A stretch of DNA of 64,000 bases from the human T2T-CHM13v2.0 reference genome, Homo sapiens (GCF_009914755.1 NC_060941.1), one strand, 5' to 3'. Counted from the first letter of the stretch, positions 40,811 through 54,194 are shown. Numbers and translations: made by a program. Notes: generated from the sequence alone by a model not told the origin.

Positions 40811-42088
40811 AATGGCAGTTACCTCTGGAATATTATACTGGAAAGGGTCTGGAGGGAACACACAGGGATAGAGGAAATGAAATGTTTTCTATCTTATTCT
40901 GAATGGTGTTTATCTAGGTAAATAGGTAACTTCAAGCTATACACAAGATTAATACACTTTATTGTATATATGTTATACTTGGAAAAAGGAAAGCTGTTTT
41001 GTAAAACATCCATAGTGGTTTTTTTGACACGAAAATGTGTCTCATGTCTTTCTTTATAAAATATTAAAAATCCAACTTTATCCTGATTTTAAGTGAAAAG
41101 GAATAAAATGACAGTAAAAAAATAAGAAGTCACCACTAAATATGAATGTGTGAAGCCGTTGTAGCAGTTCCCTGTCTGAAGCACAAACAGGAAGTAACTC
41201 TGGTGCCCAATAGCATAAAGGGTTTTTTTCCCCCTCTCCTCAGCATCCCAAGGATTAACCATATGCTCTGGCCAGCACGCAGCCCCAATGACCTCACGTG
41301 ACAATGCCAATAAAACCAGACTCAGACACCAGACTCCACTCCAGTCCCTCCAGGTCCTTATTGTCACCTACGAGAGCAGTTGTCCTTGCAATCCCCAAGT
41401 TCTGCCTGTTGTATTTTTAACTGAAAGTAGGTTACAAAGTAAATAAAAAATCAATCTATTTCTGAAAAAAAATTATTATTATATTTTAAAATCCCATTTC
41501 TATTTCACATGACACTGTTAGATGAGTCAGCTGTGTATCTGTTCATTTTAACTCTTTTAAAATATTTTCTACCCTGTTTTTATCCCTCTTCTATTCATTA
41601 GAGAAGGTCAATGCCACAGGAGTGCAACAATAATAGGAAAAAAATCCTCTCTATCTAACAAGGGCTAGCATTGGGGTTGGGAAGAAGGGCCAAGCACTTC
41701 GCCCCCACCCACCCATCATCACTAACTGTCAAATATTTACTTCTGGTAAATATTTTAGTCTCTGAACCAAAGATAATAACCTAGGAAGGGGTGAATCAAT
41801 CCAGTTTGGGTTGGTCCCACCCCTTCTTTGCTTCCTCCACCTATTTCCTGCATTGCTCTTTTTCTTTGTAAACAGGCACAGGCTTTCAGGGGGTGGGAGA
41901 GCAGTGTTAAAATTTTAAAAGTAAAACACACAAATCTTGAATGTTTAGTTTAATGAATTTTTACACATGTATACAGGCACATAACCACCACCTTGATCAA
42001 AACACGGAACATTTTGAGCACCTTAAAAGGCCCCCTTTTATTTCCTTCTAACAATGGGGACTTTTTTTTTTTTTTAAGACACAGTGTC

Positions 42089-43350
<1,262 letters not shown>

Positions 43351-43819
43351 AGCTGAAACTCCTCTTTTTAAATATGGGTACAGCCTAAAAGACTAACTTT
43401 AGGGAAATCGTTTTCTAAATTATGACAACTTCTTTCATTGCATATTATGCAATCTAAAAATAGCACTTAGAAGACTGCAATAACTTGAGGAATTGCTTAG
43501 GACACAGAAAATGTACAGTATGTTTTCAAACCAAATTAGGTTGTGTATAACTAGGTTGAGGGGAAGGGGAACAAAAAGTAACTATTAACAGTGGTTAAAA
43601 ATTATAAAACATACACGTTGAAACAATTTTTTTAATTTAAAAGGGGCTGTTTATAAAAAAGTTTTAAAAGTAGCTCTGTGTTTTAAGACCCGTGTTCTAC
43701 TTGCTGCGATCGGGATAGTTTTTTTTTCCACTTTGAGGCTCTTTTTTTTTTTTTTTAAGGGGCAGGAACATCATTTTGCATCAGGCCCTGTAAAAAAAAA
43801 AAGGGGGGGGGGGTGGGTA

Positions 43820-44010
43820 GGAACCAGGATGTTGGGGAAAATTATTTCAATGTGTTGAGTCTGAAGCTTTTTGGAAAGCAATGTAGATGTGATCTCGTTT
43901 GCTCTGAATCGAATTCCACAGAAACCGCTGTGCCGAATACTGCAAATCCTTAACTTTCATAAACGCCGGCACCGAACTCAACGCAAAACTACCCAAGTGC
44001 CAAAGACCAT
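43820..44010 (-). mobile_element. Putative ancient CR1/L3 LINE reverse-transcriptase remnant
   Basis: Translation WHL...AFMKVK........F...DHIYIAFQKASD resembles CR1 HL...HGFMKGKSCLTNLISF...DVIYLDFQKAFD. Confidence 0.45.
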
Positions 44011-44249
44011 TTCTGGGAAGCTCATTCCATGAGACCTTCGCATTTTTCCAAATCAAAGGCTTCCCTTCGGATCTAATTATTTCTCCTCTACAGGGCTGCG
44101 GGAGGGGGAGGGGATGTGAGACTAGGGCAACAGATTAAGATTGAAAGTCCTTTCTCGCAGCTTCATTTTCGCCCCCACACTGTCCCAAATGCTTAGAACC
44201 CTCCTCGTCAGAATGGGAACGGTGCCCCCGCTTGTCCTAAAAGACACAG

Positions 44250-44810
44250 ACCAGGTCCGTGAACTTGACCCAGGCGCCCACGCCTCTTTTCCCCGAAGGT
44301 CAGACAAAGGCAGAAGGGTTGGCTGGATTCTTTCCCGGGCCGCGAAGGCCTGGGGATCGCAAGTTGAGGAGGAGAAGACCGCAAACCCCTTTGGTTCAAG
44401 CAAGCTCTGCGGCAGGTAAAAGGCAAATTGGTGGGGACGGGTAGGACAGGGAGAGCATTATCTGGCTAACTCCCGCAGGCCTCTTCCGATTTGTCGGCGG
44501 GGACCTGACTCCCTGCGGTGTCTCTGGCCCCAAATACGGAGGCCAGGAGCTTTTCGTTGTCTCGCCCGATTTGGTATCTTATTAGCCGGTGTCGCTGAGC
44601 CGCGGGGGACTCCCGGCTGGAAAGGAAGCCCTGCGCTCGAAGCGCCCCACGCCAGACGGAGTGGCCCCTGCGCCTCCCCGCGCGCCGGCGCGCCCTGTTC
44701 ACCTTCGACTGGATGTTACCGAGCCAGGGAGAGACCCGGAGATCGAGTGTTTGATCTTCCCTTGCTCCAGGATCCTGAATTCTTTAAACACACTCGCACG
44801 CGCTCGCACA

Positions 44811-44854
<44 letters not shown>

Positions 44855-45800
44855 GCACTACTACCGTCTGAGCAGGCCGCTCCTCGCAGCCTCCGCAGTC
44901 GGCGGGTCGCCTGGAAAGACGCGCCGGTTTCCCGGGTCGGATGGCTCTCCAGGCCGCTATTTCCTCCGCCACCGAGTAGGGAGACGCCCCATTTGCGAAG
45001 TTTAAGTTTCCAGGTCCTGGGAAGGCAGCTGGGAAACCCGCGGGGCTCGGCAGCCGCCCTGGTAGCAGCCAGGGATCGGATAGCGCGGCGGGCGACAGCC
45101 CCCCGGATAACCCCGCCGAGGGAGGGGCGCTTGTAAAACCGAGCGGCGACGGCCTCGTTACGACCGACTCGAACATTCTCTAATAAATCATCGGCCTTAG
45201 CTAGTATTCGTTTGTGTACGCATCTGTTTATCCTGATTATTAAAATAAATTAAGGATTAGACTGCCTAGAATAAGGTAAACGAACATGAAATGCCAAGGA
45301 GGAAAACAGAAAAAGTTACACCATGTCGATCCCGACCAAAACATTGGCCTGACTTGCCGGATGGCCTCAAGAATCCGGCTTTTAGCTGCAGGCCCGGCGG
45401 GTGTTCCCCGGAAGGCAAGGATTGGAAGCTCTTTGATAAAGCCGCGCGAGGCCCGGTTTCTCGCGTTTCGGGTCGCTCCACAGCCCCCTCCGCCCTTCCC
45501 CTCCACCCCTCCGCGTCTCGGCCTGGCTCCGGAGGGGTGAAGGAATGTTTATAGCCTGACTCAAGTTCAATGACAAAAACCTGCCTGGAATGGGAGGTGC
45601 GGCGAGCTTCAGCCATCAACATGACAAAGGCTGGACGCAGGTCTCGGGCGGGGGCGACGGGCTGGGCCCACCTAGAGATGGGGAGCTGAGGGCCCACAGG
45701 ATGGGTACGGACCCCGCAGACCAAGAGCTGCCTCTCTGCCCTCAGCCTGGGGTCTGCGGAGTTTGGCGAGTAGTGCGGGTGTGTGCCCGCCTGGATGAGG
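44250..45800. promoter_or_regulatory. CpG island with an internal (CA)n tract (44805-44850)
   Basis: Very high CpG density over ~1.5 kb, no credible ORF. Confidence 0.8.
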
Positions 45801-46922
45801 GTAAGGCGATCAGCCTCTGAGTGGGCAAGGGGACGTCTGATTACTGCCCAGGCTTCGCCTGGGGGTCCAGGACCCTGTGAGATGCCCCTGCTCTCTGCCT
45901 GGCCAGCTCTAGCTCACCCGGAGTAAGGATCCGCACCGTCCTTCTATCCACCGCGACCTGCATTTTCTGGCCTCCTCCGAGTTTTGTTCACATCTTCCCT
46001 CCCGGATTTGATATTCCAAGCATCTTCTCCAGGGAAGACTCCCAGAAGCCTTGCTTGTCTGTGTGTGTGTGTATCTTTCTCTTTCCCTGTTCCCCGTCCT
46101 GTTCCCCATTTGTTCTGATTGTAGTCATTTGGTCATGGAATAAAATCCTCTGGCCTCAGGTCACATATGGGGAAGCTGCAGACCCAAGATTTACCAGCAT
46201 AGGAGTCAGGCCTGGTGGGAAGGGAGAGCATATTTCCAACTCTTTCCTCCTGTCTTCCACCCCTAGTGGAAGATTTTGCATACTCAATTAATGAGTAGTT
46301 GGTTGACAAAAATGTCCACACGTGTTTAATCCCCTGTTTGCATATATGCAGATCTGTCCAGTGCCTGAGGAGGGGCTGGGTCTAGGGTGTTTGGGTGCAC
46401 CTGTGTGATCTCAGCTGGGTGACTCCGGATGGAAGCAGGTGCTTGTTAGTGTCTGAAGGGCCTTGCAGGGAGAGGTATGTTGACAATAGAGGAGTCCCTG
46501 GGCTTTCTATTTTTTCAGTTGGTGGTAGAGGTTAAGCGCTCCTGTTTTGGGACCCAGATCAAGTAACTTACCCTCTTAGTTTCAATTTCTTTAGGTTATA
46601 AAGTGCTCACTCAATTGTGGGTTTTGTCATTATGGGAGGGGGAACTGGCAGGGAAGGAGCCAGCTGTGGGGAGAAGAGAGTTAGGTGAGTCCTGAGTGTT
46701 TTTGTGGATTACTGTGCCCACCCCAAGACCAATGACTTGGCAATATCAGTGGTTGGCTGAAGATGTGAGCATGTGGTCCCCAGCCTGCTTCTGTACTGGA
46801 CCCAGAGCCCCTGTGCGCACACATGCCTGCTGTGGCATTGATCCCACACTTGGCAAGGCAGAGCTTCTGAGAGGGTGCAGGAAAGGGAATAAGGAAGCCA
46901 GGGGCCCAGAGAAAAAGGTGCA

Positions 46923-47271
<349 letters not shown>

Positions 47272-47338
47272 TAGTTTAAAAAAGAAAAATTGTTATAATC
47301 ACAGTTAACTTTCACCCAGTTTCCTTTTTTAAAAAAAT

Positions 47339-47344
47339 TTTATT
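47339..47344 (-). terminator. PRAC1 polyadenylation signal AATAAA
   Basis: TTTATT on + strand ~58 nt after the PRAC1 stop, within the tail of an Alu monomer. Confidence 0.8.
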
Positions 47345-47352
47345 GTATAAAT

Positions 47353-47500
<148 letters not shown>

Positions 47501-47912
47501 CTAAAATATTTTACAATATTTACAAATTTTAAATAATAATAACGTTATCAATATTAATTTTGCTTATGCCAGGACTCCATCCCATTGGAGACAAACATTA
47601 AGTCTTATGGCAGACCTTACAGCGGGTGCTAGTTCCCACTCCCAAGCCTCTCCCCCGCCTAGGTCCTGCAGGTCCCGCGTGCTGCGAAACATTTTCTTTG
47701 TCCCTTTCTGCCCAGGGCGGCTGCCGGTCTCTCCAGGAACCGCGAGTAGGTGCTCCCGCCAGGTGGTATCGGTGAAAGCCTGCTGCTCACCCTTCCCTTG
47801 TTTCCCAAAACTTCTGAAGGCTCCCAAATTCCTGGGAGACCCTCTCCCAGGGCCTCCTGATGCAGCTACCATACTGAGCGATCCGTCGATAACGCCCTTG
47901 GCCCACCGATCA

Positions 47913-48059
<147 letters not shown>

Positions 48060-48099
48060 CTAAAGGTTTCAGCCTCCCAGTGGCGCTCTGTTTGCACGC

Positions 48100-48920
48100 C
48101 TTAGGCTAGGAGAGGAAGGACGGGAGCACAGCACTGGGTGCCCCTCTCCCTGTAGAGTCTGGGGCGGGGCTCAGTAAGAAGGCCTGCGGTTGGTGGCTCC
48201 CCACCTCATAGCTGCAAGTAGGGGCGAAAGCTGGAGTGTCTCCTCCCAGCAGCCTCCTCGCCTCCCCGCAAACCTCCGAATCTCCCTGGACCTCCTGGTT
48301 GCTGTGGCCCTTCCTCCCCTGATTGGCTTCCTCCCTCTTTCCCAAGGCCAGAGAAGTCCTCTCTTCCCCTCACCTTCCTCCCTCTTCCCATAAAACTTTT
48401 AGGAAAATGGGGGCGGGGGCGGTGGAGACCACCAGCCTGGAACTTCAAGTTCAATGGCAAAGTCCCTGACCCTCCCCCCAGGCTGGGCGCCAGCATTATT
48501 CTAGGGGCGATTAAACTCTTTTGCTGCCCCCTGTGCACCTCCCAGTTCGGGGGCAGTTTAGGGGAGGAGAGAAGGTAATGGTGGAATTCTTTCCCTCACT
48601 CTCCCCCGACCACTTCGTCCCCTCCCCCTCATCCCCTCTACACAGAACTAACTGGTAGGGAGAGAGGAAGAAAGGCTGGCATCGGTTCCTCATTGGATGT
48701 TTTAAATCTGTCTCAGGCCCAGGCCAGTGCCTGGGGGGAGGGGCGGGGTGTCCTGCTTTTGGGCTAGAGGCCCGGGGCCGCTCCCGAGCTTTCTCCCCTC
48801 TTCCCTGGAGAGCGACTGTTCGGGAGGGTGAGAATGGTATAAATTTCAAAAACAACGAAACCTTCTTTTGCCCCCTCCGCAGCAGTCGCCTCCGGGCTTT
48901 ATTGCAAGTTTACGGTAACG
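48100..48920. promoter_or_regulatory. Divergent PRAC1(-)/PRAC2(+) promoter region
   Basis: Lies between the PRAC1 ATG and the PRAC2 coding exon. CpG-rich, GC boxes (48161-48170, ~48741), CCAAT box (ATTGG 48322-48326), candidate + strand donor ACG|GTAACG at 48915. Confidence 0.6.
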
Positions 48921-49897
48921 AGTTCATCTATTTAATTCGCGGTTGCAGCTCGGGGATTTCTATTAGACAGGACGGGTTGGGGCCGGGGGGCACAGGGTCT
49001 CCCCTGAAGGAAACCCAATTAGAGTGCAGCACTTAGCACCTTCAATATAACTTTAATGAAGGGGGGGAGGGGAGCTGCAGGGAAGAGAAGTTTGCTCTAG
49101 GTTGGGGAAGGAAAGCTGGAGCTGCTCCCGAGAACTGGGGGGCCTGGATGAGGCTTTTTCCTGCTTCGAGGGCTTTCCAGCTTCCGGCCCGGGAACTACT
49201 ATTTGGAGTAGGGATCGCCTGCAGGGAAGGCGGGGCGGATTCTCGGCTGGCGGCGGCCTCGCAGGGTTCCCGGAAGCGCTAGCCAGCCGGAGTAAAACCC
49301 GAAAGATGGAGCCTCAGGTTCGCGCTCTGCGTTGCGGGTGCTGGAACCGAGATTCAAAAAGAGCTTCCGGAGGTAGTTTCTACGCATTGCGCCACTACTC
49401 CCTTATTCGGCTTCTGGAGGCCTAATAAAATCCACTTGCTTTGGAGTTAGAAATTATTTCGGGCCTGGAGCCCGCGTAGACGCGACCCTGTGATCCCATT
49501 TCGTAGCTTGCTGAGAGATTCGCTGCGGGAGTTTGGCTCTGAGGGAGGGGAACGGTCTGGAGGGCAGCTCAGGGTACAATTGCGCCTTGTTAGTGAAAAG
49601 GCGCCCTGCTTATTTTCCGGAGTATATGTGTGTGCCTCTGCGTTTATTCGTCTGTGAGCTCATTGTCTGGATTCACCTATTGTGACATTGTGTTCACACG
49701 TTTGTCCGAATGGTAAGCAAAACATTTCCTCCTGTAGCTTAACATAGCCCTTATGTAAAAATAAATATCTGCAGGCGAATATAGGTTTGTAGATTTTGTT
49801 GTGATTTAAACACAAATAAGTGAGAGATTTCAATGTGGTCGTCCAGGGATAGGTGGGAGACTAAAATTGGGAAGGGATTCCCAATGAAAGCGTTTAA

Positions 49898-50284
<387 letters not shown>

Positions 50285-50339
50285 GCCTCTGTCGGAAGGG
50301 GGCGCCCACGTCTTTTTAATGGTCCTAACACACCAGTGG

Positions 50340-50345
50340 AATAAA
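50340..50345 (+). terminator. PRAC2 polyadenylation signal AATAAA
   Basis: AATAAA 56 nt after the PRAC2 stop codon. Confidence 0.75.
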
Positions 50346-50379
50346 TCTCTAAGATTCCACATCTTTTGTTTGCTCTGAA

Positions 50380-50385
50380 TTTATT
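50380..50385 (-). terminator. HOXB13 distal polyadenylation signal AATAAA
   Basis: TTTATT on + strand at 50380-50385, at the end of the HOXB13 3' UTR. Confidence 0.85.
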
Positions 50386-52010
50386 GCGAGTGAAAAACAG
50401 AGAAAATCCTCAAGTTTAAGTTTCTGATAGCAGAGTGTGGGAGTTAGAGCATGGGGAGTCCAGAGGTTCCAGACCCCCAAAGGTCTCTACCAGGGCCATC
50501 TCCGTTAGTGGCGGTGGCAGCCCCTCTTGTGGCCTTTTTCCTCTCTCCAAGGGGTCACCCCGCACCATGCCGCTCCCCCTCATCTATCTTGCCCCCTCCC
50601 CACAGGCCCATCTGCGCTGAACTCTCGCCAGTTCCGAAGTCGGCGAGGGAGGGGGTTTACTTGCCCGATCGTTGGTGGGTTTGAGCTTATAGAGGCAGAG
50701 GAGTAAGAACCTGCGATATTGAAAGCTACCCACATGGGGCTTCCTTGAAGGAGGACGTGGAAGGCAGAAAGTGACCTGCTCTGAGCGGCGCATGTAACCG
50801 AGGACCTTAAGCTGGACCACGGGGCTTGGACGATTTTTTAAATCAGGAAATCGACCTCATCTTCCTCCTCCTCGTCCTCTTCCCCTGAACCCCCAGTCCG
50901 CATGCACTCACACTCTTTGGCCTTTTCCCTCAGTCCCGGGCTCCTCTTTGGTAAATAGATTTGTAGGTGTCTAAGTCACGTCCCACCCTCACTCCTTCCC
51001 AGGAGAGGAGACAGGGCTAGGATCCCACCCGACCGCGGGCCATAAACACTTGGCTGCGGCGGCCGCCGCGGGGTTTCTAGGAGAGCTGGCTCCGGGAGGG
51101 AAATGTCCTCGAGGTAGTGGCGGCCGCGGCCCACCACCAACTGCTCGCCACCGACCCCACTACTCGCCACCGACCCGCTGCTCGGAGCTTCGGTTCTGCG
51201 GGTTGTCCAGACTTCAGGCCTGTGCGCTCAATCGTGGAGAATGCGCCGGCAGGCCCCCCACCCCCAGCCTAAGGTGCAGGAAGGACCAGCACGAACCCGC
51301 TGGCTTTGCTGCGCGGCCAGGAGATGAGTCCCACCGGGCACTGAGCCCAGGTACAGGACATCAGAGAATGAACACAGAGGCAGAGGCCCTCATGTCCCTC
51401 TCAGAGTCCCGGCTCTGCAAAGAGCCCGTCTGTCTCCAGCTTCCAGAATTCCGCACTGTGAATCTGTCTACGTGGACTGGGAAAACAGGGTTGGCACCAC
51501 TCTGCCACTCCGTTTGTGCCTGGGAAGGGCTAAGTATGCAAGGCTACAAACATCTACTTCACTGGGATCCCAAATGCTCAACAAACCATGACCTGCTTTG
51601 GTCAGAACCACCAGAAATATTAAGGGAAGACTCAGAGAGTTTGGGGGAGGAAATTAATGGTGAATTACCCAGGCACTTTCTCAAATCTCTTTTTCTCTGG
51701 AAGGAAGGACTGACTAGGGGCAGCCTGCTGGCTTCATTTTCACACGACAGAAAAATCATCGTATTAAGGATGGGTGCTTCCAAGACCAGTGGGTACACCC
51801 TATGGGGTGGACAAGGAGGGAGGAAGAGACAGCCTCTACAATTGTCCACCTACCCAGCTGTCAGCTGAGAAAAATGCTAAACGGACATCACAGCCACACA
51901 ACGAATCTGCCCGTTCCCCTCTCCTCAGTCTTCCTGCTGTTACCAGGGTGAGAGGTGTAATGGAAGGGGGTCTGAGAGAAAGCTTCCCTGCAAAGGGATC
52001 GCCTTCCAAA

Positions 52011-52016
52011 TTTATT
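52011..52016 (-). terminator. Candidate proximal HOXB13 polyadenylation signal AATAAA
   Basis: TTTATT on + strand, 375 nt downstream of the stop codon. Confidence 0.55.
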
Positions 52017-52390
52017 CATAATTAGCTCAATTCATGAAAGCGGTTTCTAAAGTGCTCTACAGAGCTCTAGATAGAAAATATGAGGCTAACGATCATGGCA
52101 GCTAGTACTGGTTATCGTGATTATTGCCACTGTCAGGATGAATGATTATGACTGGGCCAGGTTCTTTGGGAACCCTGGTGGAGTGGGCTGTCACATGGGG
52201 TTCCGTCTCCCTGCACATACTGGGTACCCAGGCCGCTCCTGAGGAACAGTCCAGCAGCCAGTGGCCTGGGAAGGGTGTTGTCTCTAGGGGCCTCTCAGCA
52301 GAGTCCTTGGCCCCAGCCTGGGCTTGGCAGGTTCCTGGTCTCCCCAGGACACCCCCACTTTCGCTCCTCCCACCCAGGCAAGGAGATCTC

Positions 52391-52644
52391 TTAAGGGGTA
52401 GCGCTGTTCTTCACCTTGGCGAGAACCTTCTTCTCTTTGACCCGGCGGTTCTGAAACCAGATGGTAATCTGGCGCTCCGAGAGGCTGGTGGCTGCCGAGA
52501 TCTTGCGCCTCTTGTCCTTGGTGATGAACTTGTTAGCCGCATACTCCCGCTCCAGCTCCCGCAACTGCCCCTTGCTGTACGGAATGCGTTTCTTGCGGCC
52601 GCGACGAAAGGCGCAGGCGTCAGGAGGGTGCTGCCCGCTGGAGT
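52391..52644 (-). CDS. HOXB13: Hox-B13 coding exon 2 (254 nt), Abd-B/paralog-13 homeodomain
   Basis: AG acceptor at 52646-52645. Encodes [19 protein letters not shown]...[15 protein letters not shown]; TAA at 52393-52391. 601+254=855 nt = 284 aa plus stop. Confidence 0.99.
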
Positions 52645-53593
52645 CTGCGCGGCGTGAAAGGGAGGGAGGAAAAGGCATGGTCAGATACCCACCCATGCAG
52701 ACCCAGGCCTTGCAAGCCCCAAGCTAAGTCATCTCACAGGTGCACACAGGTCACCCTACAGGCGCACGTGCAATCCTGTTCCTCCAAAGCATACCAGGAC
52801 AGCACCCTGGCTTCCGGCTTGTTCTCTCACCACCGCTCAGCCTTGGCTCCTGAAGGCCACCCTCACCCATCACTGCTCTCACACCCGCGAATCTGCAAAC
52901 ATACCCACACACCACACACAGTCAGGCCTTTGCCCACCATCACATACGTCCAGTCTTCATGCATTTCCAGACTCTTGGCCACTCTTTTAGATTCTACAGG
53001 CAAATTCTGGAAACACGTTTCTGCCCCCACTCCCAATACATGCGCATACACACACACACACACACATTAACCCATCCCAGTGCACACACATATGTCACGG
53101 CTGCAGGAAACCTAAATTTTTCTTTGGAAATTGGAAAACTCATCTAATAGAAAGTGAGAGGTTGTATTCTCTACAGTACATCCAATACCTTTTTACCCAT
53201 CTCCCACACCCACTCCCCACGCACCGAATTGAGAGTTATTTAGCTTTTGTGTAGAATTAGTTTGGAATTGTGCTGGGTAGGGACACCCTGATCCCCACTC
53301 AACAGCAAAGAGATCTAAACCTCTCAGACATGTTGAAAGGCTGGTCCCAGGGCCTCCTGGAGAAGTGAGGTGGCCTTCAGGCTTCAGATAGCACCCAGCT
53401 CAGGCCCCTCACACTGACCTCCATCCAGGCCCTCCAGCTACTCAGACCTCCTTCAGAGTCCTAATAACCAAGGGAGGAGCACCAAGCTCATCCTCACCAG
53501 CTCCAAGTCTCCCTCCTCCTCCTCCCAGGGAAATGCCATTGGGACCCACAACCCCAGGCTCAGAGACAAGGGGACCCAGGGTAATAGAGGTAC
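52645..53593 (-). other. HOXB13: HOXB13 intron (949 nt, GT-AG), includes a (CA)n tract at ~53047-53065
   Basis: Canonical splice dinucleotides join the two coding exons in frame (G|AC = Asp). Confidence 0.97.
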
Positions 53594-54194
53594 CTGCAAA
53601 TGCTGCCTTCCAAAAGGGACCTGGTGGGTTCTGTTCTCCCTGGCAACACATCTGGCTGTTCCAGCCACCAGCGAGAGCCCAAGACTGGTAACTGTCCACA
53701 GGCAACAGGGAGTCATGTCGCGGTTCTCCAGGAGCACCCAGAGTCTGCACCACAGACACGTCCAGGTAACTGGCCATAGGCTGGTAGGTTCCCGGATATC
53801 CCGGATAGAAGGCAAACTCAGTGGGGCGGCTGGGGTACTCTTCCCCGGCCGTGGGAGTCTCCGCGGGGTACGCGGCCAGGGTGGCTGCCTGGGCACAGGG
53901 TTTCAGCGAGCTCCGGGACACTCGGCAGGAGTAGTACCCGCCTCCAAAGTAACCATAAGGCACGGGAGCTGGGGACGTCCCCTGGGGCACCCCAGGGCAT
54001 GGGTGGCATTGCTTTGGCGGCTCCGCCGAGCCTGGCAGATCCAAGGGGGCATAGTTGACAGCAGGCATCAGCGTAGGCGCCGCTGGGTGGCTGGTCAGAG
54101 GGGAGTGGGCGACCAGATTCCGCCCCCCTCCCGCTCCCAGCAAGCCTTCGATATCCTTGGCTCCATCCAAGGTGGCATAATTGCCGGGCTCCAT
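53594..54194 (-). CDS. HOXB13: Homeobox protein Hox-B13, coding exon 1 (601 nt, codons 1-201)
   Basis: Translation [17 protein letters not shown]...[14 protein letters not shown]...[10 protein letters not shown] matches HOXB13. ATG at 54194; GT donor (GCAG|GTACC) at 53593-53592. Confidence 0.99.

Larger units (their letters stand above)
50364..52390 (-). other. HOXB13: HOXB13 3' UTR (long form, ~2 kb)
   Basis: Repeat-free sequence from the stop codon to ~16 nt past the distal AATAAA. The exact cleavage base is approximate. Confidence 0.8.

Noticed and set aside
53442-53593. HOXB13 exon-1 frame continuing 50 codons into the intron (296-aa ORF call)
   Set aside because: A canonical donor at 53593 splices in frame to the homeobox exon; nothing supports a retained-intron protein.
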